This document shows positions 22,883-32,317 of a stretch of 38,226 nucleotides of DNA, one piece after another. The number at the start of each line of letters is the position of its first letter. Within the stretch, counting starts at the first letter, position 1. Position numbers and translations under genes: made by a program. Source of the DNA: Candidatus Nomurabacteria bacterium (GTDB lineage Bacteria > Patescibacteriota > Minisyncoccia > Phycocordibacterales > UBA9973); assembly GCA_028286705.1 (NCBI GenBank), contig JAQBRC010000043.1:1-38226 (forward strand), read 5' to 3'. The notes under the pieces were generated by a model. The model worked only from the letters and a program-made list of their open reading frames with translations, had not been told where the DNA came from and did not search any database.

Positions 22883-23131
22883 ATGTTAGTCAGTAGTAGG
22901 TAGTCCTATAAACCGCACCATTATTATTAAAAATAATAAAATTGCCGGCAACAGTCTTACCACACTTCCGTTTGCTGAGGGAATCATGTAAACAGAGAAA
23001 ACAATCGCGTACGCTACTAACAACAGAAAAAGAAAGGTTCTTGGACTCATGACTCATGATTTAAGTGTTTCTTTAACTATATAACTCCAGTGTCTTTTGT
23101 CAACGAGCACTTATTTTGGTACTATGCATCT

Positions 23132-24469
23132 ATGGAAAATACTCAGAAAGTAGTTACTCGCTTTGCGCCAAGCCCTACCGGCAAGCTCCATTCAGGAGCA
23201 TATAGGACAGCAATCTTTTCTTATTTGTATGCACGTAAGCACAACGGTACATTTGTATTGCGTATTGAAGATACGGATAAGGAGCGTTCAACAAAAGAAT
23301 ACGAGGATAATATCATGGAAAGCCTGCAGTGGATGGGCATTGATCATGATATATTTGTGCGTCAGTCAGAAAACGTGGAGCGACATCAGACAATTCTAGA
23401 AAAAATGATTGCAGATGGATTTGCCTATATTTCAAAAGAAGAAGCAAAGGACGGTTCCGGTGTAATCAAGGAAATTGTTCGTTTTAAAAATCCCAATGAA
23501 GACATTACATTCCATGATGAGATCAAGGGAAGCGTAACTATGAACACTACAGATCTAGGAGATTTTGTCATCGCAAAAAATATTCGTGAGCCGTTATTTC
23601 ATTTGGCGGTTGTAGTAGATGACTTTGATGTGGGGGTAACGCATGTAGTGCGCGGAGAAGACCATGTTTCTAATACTCCTCGACAAATTCTTATCCAGCG
23701 TGCAATTGGTGCTCCAACTCCAACCTATGCCCATCTTCCTCTCGTGCTAGGTTCTGACAAGCAAAAACTTTCAAAGCGAAAAGGTGCGCTTGCTTTAACC
23801 GAGTATCGTGATTTGGGGTATCTACCCGAAGCACTATTGAATATGGTGGCTATGGTTGGATGGAATCCTGGTACTGAACAGGAATTGTTTAGCAAAGACG
23901 AATTGATTCAAGAGTTTGAACTATCGAAAGTACAGAAGTCTCCTGCAATGTTTAATCCTGAAAAGCTAGATTGGTTTAATCGTGAATATATCAAGAAGCT
24001 AGATTCTGCAGCATTTTGGAATCATGTTGCTCCATGGTTGCCATCAGAGATGTCTGCTAATCAAGATATGCTTATCAAGATCGAACACTTGCTTCGAGAT
24101 CGTATCGAAAAGTTTTCTGACGCAAAGGAATTGCTGGAGAATGAATTCGATTATTTCTTCAAGGCCCCTACTATTGATACGAAGATGATTGTTTGGAAAA
24201 CCCTTAAAGAAGATCCAGAAGGGCTAACAAAGACAAAGGATTATTTGAAACACGTACATGAACTGTTAGAATCAATCGTTGAAACTGAATGGTATAGTGA
24301 GACAAGGGTGGTTGTAATGCCGTATGCAGAACAAGAAGGAAAGGGGAATGTGCTTTGGCCACTTCGCGTATCTCTTTCAGGAAAAGAGAAATCTCCAGAC
24401 CCATTCGAGCTCATGGGTATTTTGGGCAAGCAGGAAACATTGGCTCGTATTGCTGCCGTATTGGATTAG
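23132..24469 (+). CDS. gltX: glutamate--tRNA ligase
   Basis: RFAPSPTGKLHSGAYRTAIFSYLYARKHNGTFVLRIEDTDKERS (HIGH-type motif) and KLSKRKG (KMSKS). The start is set at ATG 23132 because TG-n-TACTAT (23117-23125) lies 6 nt upstream. The track start at 23090 is GTG. Confidence 0.92.
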   Translation: MENTQKVVTRFAPSPTGKLHSGAYRTAIFSYLYARKHNGTFVLRIEDTDKERSTKEYEDNIMESLQWMGIDHDIFVRQSENVERHQTILEKMIADGFAYISKEEAKDGSGVIKEIVRFKNPNEDITFHDEIKGSVTMNTTDLGDFVIAKNIREPLFHLAVVVDDFDVGVTHVVRGEDHVSNTPRQILIQRAIGAPTPTYAHLPLVLGSDKQKLSKRKGALALTEYRDLGYLPEALLNMVAMVGWNPGTEQELFSKDELIQEFELSKVQKSPAMFNPEKLDWFNREYIKKLDSAAFWNHVAPWLPSEMSANQDMLIKIEHLLRDRIEKFSDAKELLENEFDYFFKAPTIDTKMIVWKTLKEDPEGLTKTKDYLKHVHELLESIVETEWYSETRVVVMPYAEQEGKGNVLWPLRVSLSGKEKSPDPFELMGILGKQETLARIAAVLD

Positions 24470-24509
24470 TGCAACAATGTAGACTCTTAAAACGTATTAT
24501 AATATAGGT

Positions 24510-25328
24510 ATGGACATAACTAAAAAAACCCTCGGAACACTTTTTATTATAGCGATGCTTTTTGCGTCACCTGCTTTTGCTGCAACTGACACTTCTTCGA
24601 ACTGGGGAGGATATGTAGTGCAGAATGGCGCGTATACTGGGGTGAGCGGTACATTTGTTATGCCAGAATTAAGTTATTCTTCTAGCCTCGCCTCAAATGC
24701 TACATGGGTTGGTATTGGGGGTCGTACAACTTCTGACCTTATCCAGGCGGGAGTGTATGAGATTGCTGATGCCAATGGTGCCACATATCAGGCGTGGTAT
24801 GAAATGTTGCCTGATGACTCCGTGCCTGTTGATTTGCCTGTGCATCCAAGGGATTCGGTAAGTGTGGCAATTCTTGAAACCTCAACAGATGTTTGGAATA
24901 TTGTTATTACCAATAACACAACCAAACAGCAGTTTGCTAAAACGGTGCAATACCACTCGCTTCATTCCTCTGCAGAATGGATTCAGGAACGGCCCCAGGT
25001 TAATGGAACACTTCCTCCGTTATCAGGATTTACTCCAGTTAAGTTTACAAATGCTTATGCTGTTGAGAATGGGCAGCGTCTAACGCTAAATCAAATGAAT
25101 CCCATTAGCATTAGCCTGCTGGATACCCAGCCAAATATTGCCCTTGCCGTCCCTTCTATTGTCGGTTCTGACAATACGAGCTTTACTGTATTCCGCACTA
25201 GCGCTGTTGCTTCTGCCGCTACACCAATTGATTCTCATGTACCTCAGTATCTTCTGCGTCGTACGGGACATGATATTTTGCCGTCAATACCAGGATGGAA
25301 CTGGACCATATTGTTTCAGCCGAGATAG
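24510..25328 (+). CDS. secreted glutamic peptidase, family G1 (eqolisin / Peptidase_A4-like)
   Basis: 272 aa. Signal peptide ends SPAFA. Then SSNWGGYVV...TWVGIGG...LIQAGV (catalytic Gln context)...AWYEMLP...SSAEWIQERP (catalytic Glu context). Confidence 0.7.
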   Translation: MDITKKTLGTLFIIAMLFASPAFAATDTSSNWGGYVVQNGAYTGVSGTFVMPELSYSSSLASNATWVGIGGRTTSDLIQAGVYEIADANGATYQAWYEMLPDDSVPVDLPVHPRDSVSVAILETSTDVWNIVITNNTTKQQFAKTVQYHSLHSSAEWIQERPQVNGTLPPLSGFTPVKFTNAYAVENGQRLTLNQMNPISISLLDTQPNIALAVPSIVGSDNTSFTVFRTSAVASAATPIDSHVPQYLLRRTGHDILPSIPGWNWTILFQPR

Positions 25329-25391
25329 TATTGATAAAAAATTTATGGAATGCTCAGTTTTTATTGAGTAGGGAATTGCTATACCATGGAA

Positions 25392-28300
25392 ATGAAACTA
25401 TCATTTCCAAAAGTATTTTTTATTATAAGTAGTGTTATTTTTTTAAGCATTGTATCGCATGTGCTATGCGCGCATGCAGAAGAGCTACGAGCTGTTCCTT
25501 CAGACCTGACGTTGAATCCGGATATAACGTATACAATTTCTGGTACCATCTATGTTAATCATGACTCAACATTAACTGTTCCTGCGGGTACCACTATTCT
25601 TTTCGACAAGGCAGCTCGATTGGTTGTGTATGGGAAATTAGATGTTAAGGGAACTACTCAGGACCACGTAGTGTTTGCTAGGGGGAATATGGCAGCAGCT
25701 CGATTTGCCATACCCGCAGAAGTTGAAACAGCACAGGTTGTGCCGTTAGAAATTGATTCCTTCTCCGAAACCCCTGAGGTTAATCCTGTTGAGGTACCAG
25801 CATTGAATGTTTCTATGGGAACGGAAATGGTAACAGTGGATGATAAAGCCGGCAGCATAGTATTTATGAATGGCTCGCTGCCGTCCTCTTTGAAATATTT
25901 GGATATATCAGACTTCAGCATTGCTACATTGGTTGATACATCAGCAATAGTAACGATGGATCATATGACGTTTAAAAATTGCGCTACTGGAATAGAGAAT
26001 ACTTTTGGGACCGTGAATCTCACGCATAGTACTTTTATTGATACGGCTATCCCAGGACAAATTAGCGTTAATGCAGTATTTGAGCACTCCGATACCACAT
26101 TTTCTGGCACGGGATTTAAAGGATGGAATTATGCTGGGAAGGTGGCGGGAGAATTTCATTTGCGTTCCAAAGATGGCCAATATTATGCTGCTGGACTAGA
26201 GGTTATAAATGGCGGTTCTTTATATTTTAATTTTGGAACAACGCTTTTTATTCCAATTGGGATTGCCATAGAGGTTCATGAGTATGGGAAGCTCTTCATA
26301 AACGGAACAGCCTTGTCGCCAGTAACTATATACGGTGAGGGGAATTGTCTGCTTAACACGCCTGCTGTTAATTATGCATTTCAGTCTACTGGCTCTATAG
26401 CCCATGCAAATTTTCATAATTTGTGTACAGGTATTAAATCGGTTAATGCAACAGTTACCGTAACCAACAGCACCTTCAAAGACATTAAAGGTTCCGCAAT
26501 TCATTTTGAGCAGGCAGGGTTACTTACTATTACCGATACTGATATTAGCAAAAGTGGCATAGCTATAGAATTGGTAGATAGTGCGAATATAAAAAATATT
26601 TCCCAAAATACATTTCATGATAATAAGGTCGGTGTTTCCTTGAATAATCTCTATCCGAATGCAATTATAAAAAATAATAGATGGGGCAGTAACAGTGGTC
26701 CAACGATAGCGAGTAACCCTACAGGGACAGGAGATTCTATCCTGGTTAGCGGTGTTCCAGAAGTTATCTATCGACCATGGTTAGGAATGGAAGATGGTGA
26801 ACCTACTACACCAGATAATCCTCCTGAAGAACCTCCTGTAGAAGCTAGAGGCCACGACCCCATAATTATTGTTCCCGGTATTACCGGCTCTGTATTAAGA
26901 AAAGACTATGATGATAATGGAGAGTTGTGGCCCAATCTTACTAAACTTGTAGCGAACCTAGCCGATAGCCATCTTGATGTCTTGGCCTTACTTCAGACAG
27001 GCAAGCCGAGCGCTGTACGTCCAATGGTTGTAGGAGATATTATTCGTAGTGTTAGTTCTGTAGATATATTCGGCGGACTTATTGGCAACTTCAATAATAA
27101 TGGATATGTTGAAGGTACCAATCTCTTTGTCTTGCCGTACGATTGGCGGTTCAGTAATGCTGAGAATCAAAGTAAATTGAAGGATCTTATTGCGACCGCA
27201 TTAGAAAAAAGCGGTAAAAGCAAAGTAAATATTATCGCGCATAGTATGGGAGGATTATTGGTAAAGGAATATCTTGCAGAGAACCAAAATGCACCTGTAG
27301 CGCACATCTTCAATATTGCTGTTCCACATCTTGGAGCGCCTAAAACGTTTAAGACCTTAATGTATGGTGACGATATGGGATTTAAATTCTCATTAACTTC
27401 AGCTCTGAAGGTACCGGTATTAAATGAAAATAGAGTAAAGATGATCACCCAGAACATGCCCTCAGTATATGAATTGCTACCAAGTAAAAAGTATATAGAT
27501 TTACTAGGTCCATATATTGACGACCGAACTCAAGGGTTAATGATGGATATAGAAAATACTCAGAAACTGATGGTTGCTGACGGCAGAAATGCAAAAATGT
27601 TTCCCTTCGCTCAGGCGCTTCACAATAGGATAGATAACATAACGGGTTCATCTATTCCTACGTATAATTTTGCAGGATGTGGTTCAACAGAAACAGTAGT
27701 TGGCTTTACGTTAACCAAAGAACAATCATTAACCTTAACTGGATTCAAACTTGTACCTGAACACCGTTTCAGATATGGTGCCGGTGATGGGGTGGTTCCT
27801 GTTAGAAGTGCCGTTGCTGTTGACGGAGCTCATAACTATTATGTTACTACTGGCTCTCATGGCACCATGCCTTCTCTTGCTGCTATACAGGATGCCATTC
27901 TTGCTATTGCTGGAGGGCGATCTGTTTCTGGACTGTCGGATAGTGCGTCTAGTTGCAATGTACCAGGTACTATTGTTGAAGTTCATAGTCCTGTCTCGCT
28001 TGATATTTATGATCAGCAAGGCAATCATACGGGGCTAACAAATGAAGGGGAAATAGAATATGGTATTCCGAATGTTCAATACGATGTTATCAATGACGAG
28101 AAGTCCGCATTCTTGCCTGTGGGTATCAATTACACCGTGGTTAATCATGCGGAAGCTGCGGGAACATATGATATGTATGTTACTCATCTAAACCAAGAAG
28201 ACACCGTAGACCATCAGTTATATTATCATGCAGTACCACTGGTAAATGAAAAAAGTACCAGCACGTTTGCAATTAATACCAATAATATAAACCCTGTCAT

Positions 28301-28961
28301 TTCAATTGATGATAATGGGGATACTGTTGCAGATCGCACGGTTAATTCATCGTCATCTCTTGATGCGTCTAAAGTGCAAGACAGCATTGCCCCTATAACA
28401 AACGCAAGTGTTGACGATAGCCTTGTTGCGCTTATCGCAACTGATGATAATGCTGGTGTGTTGAATACAAAGTATTCAACTGATAATGTTGTATGGAATC
28501 TTTATACTAAACCATTTAAGGCTCTAGTTGGTACTACTGTATATTTTGTGTCGATTGATAATGCGGGGAATACTGAAGACATCAAACAGGTTGTTGTGGG
28601 AGCGCCGGTATCAAGTAATGGTGGAAATTCAGTAACACCCCCTTCGTCTACTGTAGGTACTGCTACAAATATTCCAGTAAAGACACCAAATGTTCCAGAG
28701 AAAATTCCTGAAAAAACTATAGATGATGATAAGAAAGAGAAGGAGATTCATATTGCTTCTGATAACATCTCAAGAACATATCTTACCGCCCCTGCCCCCG
28801 ATGAGGGAACGGTGATGAGCGACAATCAAATAACTAAAAACAGTCTATTGGCGAGTCTTGCAACAGTGGCAGGAATAGGTAGTACAGCCGTTATTATTAT
28901 AGGGGTTCTGACAGTAGTAGGGATAGGGTTATTTGTAGTATTCAGCAAAAAAGGCAGCTAA
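25392..28961 (+). CDS. large cell-surface protein: signal peptide, parallel beta-helix repeats, LCAT/PGAP1-like alpha/beta-hydrolase (lipase/acyltransferase), Ig/Fn3-like modules, C-terminal TM anchor
   Basis: PbH1-like repeats (e.g. VTVTNSTFKDIKGSAIHFEQ..ITDTDISKSGIAIELV..ISQNTFHDNKVGVSL). Lipase core: DPIIIVPGITGS, LPYDWR (YDWR at 27138-27149), nucleophile elbow IIAHSMGGLL (Ser codon 27243-27245), GAGDGVVPVRSA and TGSHGTMP. C-terminal hydrophobic anchor is at about 28845-28958. The start is probably ATG 25392 (MKLSFPK...); 25386 is also possible. Confidence 0.65.
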   Translation: MKLSFPKVFFIISSVIFLSIVSHVLCAHAEELRAVPSDLTLNPDITYTISGTIYVNHDSTLTVPAGTTILFDKAARLVVYGKLDVKGTTQDHVVFARGNMAAARFAIPAEVETAQVVPLEIDSFSETPEVNPVEVPALNVSMGTEMVTVDDKAGSIVFMNGSLPSSLKYLDISDFSIATLVDTSAIVTMDHMTFKNCATGIENTFGTVNLTHSTFIDTAIPGQISVNAVFEHSDTTFSGTGFKGWNYAGKVAGEFHLRSKDGQYYAAGLEVINGGSLYFNFGTTLFIPIGIAIEVHEYGKLFINGTALSPVTIYGEGNCLLNTPAVNYAFQSTGSIAHANFHNLCTGIKSVNATVTVTNSTFKDIKGSAIHFEQAGLLTITDTDISKSGIAIELVDSANIKNISQNTFHDNKVGVSLNNLYPNAIIKNNRWGSNSGPTIASNPTGTGDSILVSGVPEVIYRPWLGMEDGEPTTPDNPPEEPPVEARGHDPIIIVPGITGSVLRKDYDDNGELWPNLTKLVANLADSHLDVLALLQTGKPSAVRPMVVGDIIRSVSSVDIFGGLIGNFNNNGYVEGTNLFVLPYDWRFSNAENQSKLKDLIATALEKSGKSKVNIIAHSMGGLLVKEYLAENQNAPVAHIFNIAVPHLGAPKTFKTLMYGDDMGFKFSLTSALKVPVLNENRVKMITQNMPSVYELLPSKKYIDLLGPYIDDRTQGLMMDIENTQKLMVADGRNAKMFPFAQALHNRIDNITGSSIPTYNFAGCGSTETVVGFTLTKEQSLTLTGFKLVPEHRFRYGAGDGVVPVRSAVAVDGAHNYYVTTGSHGTMPSLAAIQDAILAIAGGRSVSGLSDSASSCNVPGTIVEVHSPVSLDIYDQQGNHTGLTNEGEIEYGIPNVQYDVINDEKSAFLPVGINYTVVNHAEAAGTYDMYVTHLNQEDTVDHQLYYHAVPLVNEKSTSTFAINTNNINPVISIDDNGDTVADRTVNSSSSLDASKVQDSIAPITNASVDDSLVALIATDDNAGVLNTKYSTDNVVWNLYTKPFKALVGTTVYFVSIDNAGNTEDIKQVVVGAPVSSNGGNSVTPPSSTVGTATNIPVKTPNVPEKIPEKTIDDDKKEKEIHIASDNISRTYLTAPAPDEGTVMSDNQITKNSLLASLATVAGIGSTAVIIIGVLTVVGIGLFVVFSKKGS

Positions 28962-28979
28962 TGATACAATCAGTACTTA

Positions 28980-30665
28980 ATGACCCAAAACCAAGCATTA
29001 ACCATATTGAAGACAGGGGCCAGCGTCTTTTTGACGGGGGAGCCAGGGGCAGGAAAAACCTTCACCATTAATGCGTTTGTGAGCTATTTGCGAGAGCATG
29101 GTATTGAGCCGGCTATCACTGCCTCTACCGGCATTGCCGCTACCCATATTCAAGGCCAGACTATTCACTCATGGAGTGGTATCGGTATTCGCAAGATATT
29201 GTCCCCATATGATCTTGATAAGTTGGCAACCACAGAGTACCTCGTTCGTCGTATCACTAAGACCAAAGTACTTATTATCGATGAGGTTTCGATGCTCGAC
29301 GGGTACACGCTCGATCTTGTTGATGCTGTTTGCAAAACAATTAAACAATCAGCAGATCCGTTTGGGGGCATACAGGTTGTGTTGGTGGGGGACTTTTTCC
29401 AGTTGCCGCCAATTGCACGACATGGGGAGAATGTGCCATTCGCATTTGAAGCGCGTGTATGGCAGGACATGAAGCCATTAGTCTGCTATCTAACAGAACA
29501 GCATCGTCAGAGTGACGAAACGTTTCTAAATCTGCTTGCTGCAATTCGACGCAATGATCGTATGGATGATCATATGATTCATTTGGAGCAGCGTGTTATT
29601 AGTGATGATGACTCATTCGAGCATACTGAAAATATGACTCGTCTATATGCACACAATGCTGATGTTGATACGATTAACACGGCGGCACTAAATGCTATCG
29701 AAGGAGCAACTAATACGTATACGATGTATAGCAAAGGATCAGAGTCTTTGGTTGCTAGCTTGAAGAAAGGGTGTCTATCTCCAGAGAAGTTGGACTTAAA
29801 GATCGGAGCAGTCGTGATGTGTACCAAGAACAATATGCAAAAAGGATTTGTGAATGGAACAACCGGTACGGTCATGCGATTTGAGACAGGAACAAAGTAT
29901 CCGATTATTCAAACTAAGGACAGGGAAGAAATAACCATTGAACCTATGGACTGGAGTATTGAGGAAGACGGCAAGATTAAGGCATCAATTGGACAGGTAC
30001 CTCTTCGTTTAGCATGGGCAATCACTATCCATAAAAGTCAGGGGCTGTCCCTAGACAGCGCCATGATGGATTTACGTCAGGTATTTGAATATGGACAAGG
30101 ATACGTTGCGCTATCCCGTGTGCGTACACTGAGCGGTCTCTATTTGGCCGGTTGGAATGCTCAGACATTTCAAGTGCATCCCCGCATACTGAAGCAAGAC
30201 CAGACATTTCATCAGCAATCTGATTCTGCCCAGGAAATCTTTGCAGGATTGGGGACTGAAGATATTGAAGAAATGCACAAGAACTTTATTCTTGCAGCGG
30301 GCGGTACGTTGGATGCGAAAAAAGTGAAGGAAGGAAAGGTTGAGAAAAAAGATACCTTAGAGTTAACAAAAGAATTGTTGTTAGAAGGGAAGTCTCTTTC
30401 AGAAATCGCCAAGGCTCGCAAGATGGTCGCTGTTACCATCCTTGATCATATTGAGAAACTTATTATCTTGAAGAAGGTGAATTATGACAACATTGCTCAT
30501 TTAGTAGACACAAAACTTCAGAAGGCCCTCCCAACAATTACCGTTGCTTTTTCTGCTTGTGATACGACACTGCTTTCTCCTGTATACAATCATTTGGACG
30601 GCAAGTATACATTTGATATGTTGCGACTAGCGAGAGCAGTTATCTCTTCAAAGAGTAACAAGTAA
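28980..30665 (+). CDS. Pif1/RecD-like SF1B DNA helicase with C-terminal HTH domain
   Basis: Walker A LTGEPGAGKTF, TIHSWSGIG, LIIDEVSMLD, VLVGDFFQLPPI, AITIHKSQGLS and GQGYVALSRV. The C-terminal segment LSEIAKARKMVAVTILDHIEKL is HTH-like. Confidence 0.85.
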   Translation: MTQNQALTILKTGASVFLTGEPGAGKTFTINAFVSYLREHGIEPAITASTGIAATHIQGQTIHSWSGIGIRKILSPYDLDKLATTEYLVRRITKTKVLIIDEVSMLDGYTLDLVDAVCKTIKQSADPFGGIQVVLVGDFFQLPPIARHGENVPFAFEARVWQDMKPLVCYLTEQHRQSDETFLNLLAAIRRNDRMDDHMIHLEQRVISDDDSFEHTENMTRLYAHNADVDTINTAALNAIEGATNTYTMYSKGSESLVASLKKGCLSPEKLDLKIGAVVMCTKNNMQKGFVNGTTGTVMRFETGTKYPIIQTKDREEITIEPMDWSIEEDGKIKASIGQVPLRLAWAITIHKSQGLSLDSAMMDLRQVFEYGQGYVALSRVRTLSGLYLAGWNAQTFQVHPRILKQDQTFHQQSDSAQEIFAGLGTEDIEEMHKNFILAAGGTLDAKKVKEGKVEKKDTLELTKELLLEGKSLSEIAKARKMVAVTILDHIEKLIILKKVNYDNIAHLVDTKLQKALPTITVAFSACDTTLLSPVYNHLDGKYTFDMLRLARAVISSKSNK

Positions 30666-31847
30666 CTAAAATTGGTCGTCAGGTATTGCTGCAAATATCT
30701 CGCTAATTTTTCTTAGAATGAAACGTCGCTGCCATCTTTTTGCATTAATTTGATATGCCTTCTTTAGATCAATATTGAAGAGGTCTTGCAGATGAGTAGC
30801 AAATGTTTGGTCCATAATACCGATATTGTTCTCGACATTGTAAAAGCTGGAACGAGTATCAATGTTCGCTGATCCAATAATTGACCATATTCCATCAGCT
30901 ATCATGAGCTTGGAGTGAATCATAGTGGGTTTGTATTCGTATATCTTAATTCCCGCACCTAGGAGAGACCCGTAAGCATTCTGGCTCGCAGCTTGAACAA
31001 TTTTTGAATCGATATATTTGCCAGGTAATAACAGACGGATGGCGACACCACGCTGGGCGGCGGCAATAAGTTGTTTTTTAAGACGAGGTTGAAGGATAAG
31101 GTAAGGGGTGGCAATGTCGAGTGATATCTTGGTAGCTGCAATAGTTGTAGCGAAGAACGCAGTGAGCTGTTCCATGTCTTGATCAGGCGAGTCATTTACA
31201 ATAGCAACTGATTGTATCCCTTCGTTATTCTTATTCGAAGATTCTATGGCCGACGGTATTATAATCTCTCCAGTTGTACTAGCCCAAATGCGGCTAAAGG
31301 TGTGTTGTATTGAAGTAATAATGGGACCAGTCATCCGAAACATCATATCTCGCCAGTTATATTTATTTAACGCATTGCCTTGCCAATAGTCAGCGATAGC
31401 CATGCCTCCTGTGTAGGCGATAGCATTGTCGATAATAATTGCACGAGTATGGTTGCGTTTGAAGAATTTTAAGAGCAAGCCAATCTTGAAGGGGTGATAC
31501 CATCCAACCATTCCTCCTGCGGCACGAAGAGCCGCAATCTTATCTTGGGGTGCGGCTTTGCCACCGAAGCTATCCAGGATAATTCTCACGCGCACCCCCT
31601 CCCTTGCTTTTTGTATCAGTAGATCAAATACAGTATTGCTGACAACTCCTTTTTTCCAGATATATACACTTAGTTCGATGGAAATTTTTGCATTTTTGAT
31701 ATCGGTATATAAAGCAGGAAAGAACTCATCGCCATTATTGAGAATGGTTATTGACCCGCCCGTAATGATTGAGGAACCAGTAAGCTGGGAAAACGTAGCG
31801 GGAAGATCTTCAATGGAAAGAGATTCGGAAAAAGTGAATTGCTTCAT
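30666..31847 (-). CDS. phospholipase D family protein, cardiolipin synthase-like (no N-terminal TM)
   Basis: ILNNGDEFFPAL. The second HKD motif is intact (IHSKLMIADGIWSIIGSANID). The first reads NHTRAIIIDNAIAYTGGMAIAD, i.e. HxR instead of HxK. Confidence 0.75.
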   Translation of the reverse strand: MKQFTFSESLSIEDLPATFSQLTGSSIITGGSITILNNGDEFFPALYTDIKNAKISIELSVYIWKKGVVSNTVFDLLIQKAREGVRVRIILDSFGGKAAPQDKIAALRAAGGMVGWYHPFKIGLLLKFFKRNHTRAIIIDNAIAYTGGMAIADYWQGNALNKYNWRDMMFRMTGPIITSIQHTFSRIWASTTGEIIIPSAIESSNKNNEGIQSVAIVNDSPDQDMEQLTAFFATTIAATKISLDIATPYLILQPRLKKQLIAAAQRGVAIRLLLPGKYIDSKIVQAASQNAYGSLLGAGIKIYEYKPTMIHSKLMIADGIWSIIGSANIDTRSSFYNVENNIGIMDQTFATHLQDLFNIDLKKAYQINAKRWQRRFILRKISEIFAAIPDDQF

Positions 31848-31890
31848 ATACCTAGTACAATATCATGAAATATGGGATTATTAGAGCCTA

Positions 31891-32271
31891 ATGATAAAGA
31901 ATGCACTCTATAACAAATATAAGGAACAAGCGCGGTTTTTAGTACATGAACGCTTAGAACACTTTAATGCACACTATAACTTTACGTATCACCGCGTTTC
32001 CATTCGTAACCAAAAGACACGATGGGGAAGCTGTTCCAACAAGGGAAACTTGAATTTCAGCTATCGTATTCTTTTTCTTGAACCAGAGGCACAGGATTAT
32101 CTGATTGTGCACGAGCTTTGCCATCTCAAGGAATTTAATCATTCTCAGCGATTTTGGGATTTGGTATCGGAGCAGTCTCCGAACTATAAAAAATATCATC
32201 TGGAATTACGACACAAAAGCAATTTTAAAATACTCTATACTGCGTGGAAGCAATCCTTATTCAATCTTTAG
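31891..32271 (+). CDS. YgjP-like (DUF45 / WLM-SprT-related) zinc metallopeptidase, short form
   Basis: 126 aa: ...QKTRWGSCSNKGNLNFSYRILFLEPEAQDYLIVHELCHLKEFNHSQRFWDLV. It has the HExxH plus downstream His pattern of DUF45, but lacks the usual N-terminal 60-100 aa. Confidence 0.75.
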   Translation: MIKNALYNKYKEQARFLVHERLEHFNAHYNFTYHRVSIRNQKTRWGSCSNKGNLNFSYRILFLEPEAQDYLIVHELCHLKEFNHSQRFWDLVSEQSPNYKKYHLELRHKSNFKILYTAWKQSLFNL

Positions 32272-32317
32272 CAAAAGTACAGATAGGTTTGATTGGTAGG
32301 TTTATATACTGTCACTC

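Noticed and set aside
23090-23131. The GTG start at 23090 for gltX (adds MSFVNEHLFWYYAS).
   Set aside because: The extension is not GluRS-like, and it contains the promoter element TGGTACTAT (23117-23125), which sits 6 nt before ATG 23132.
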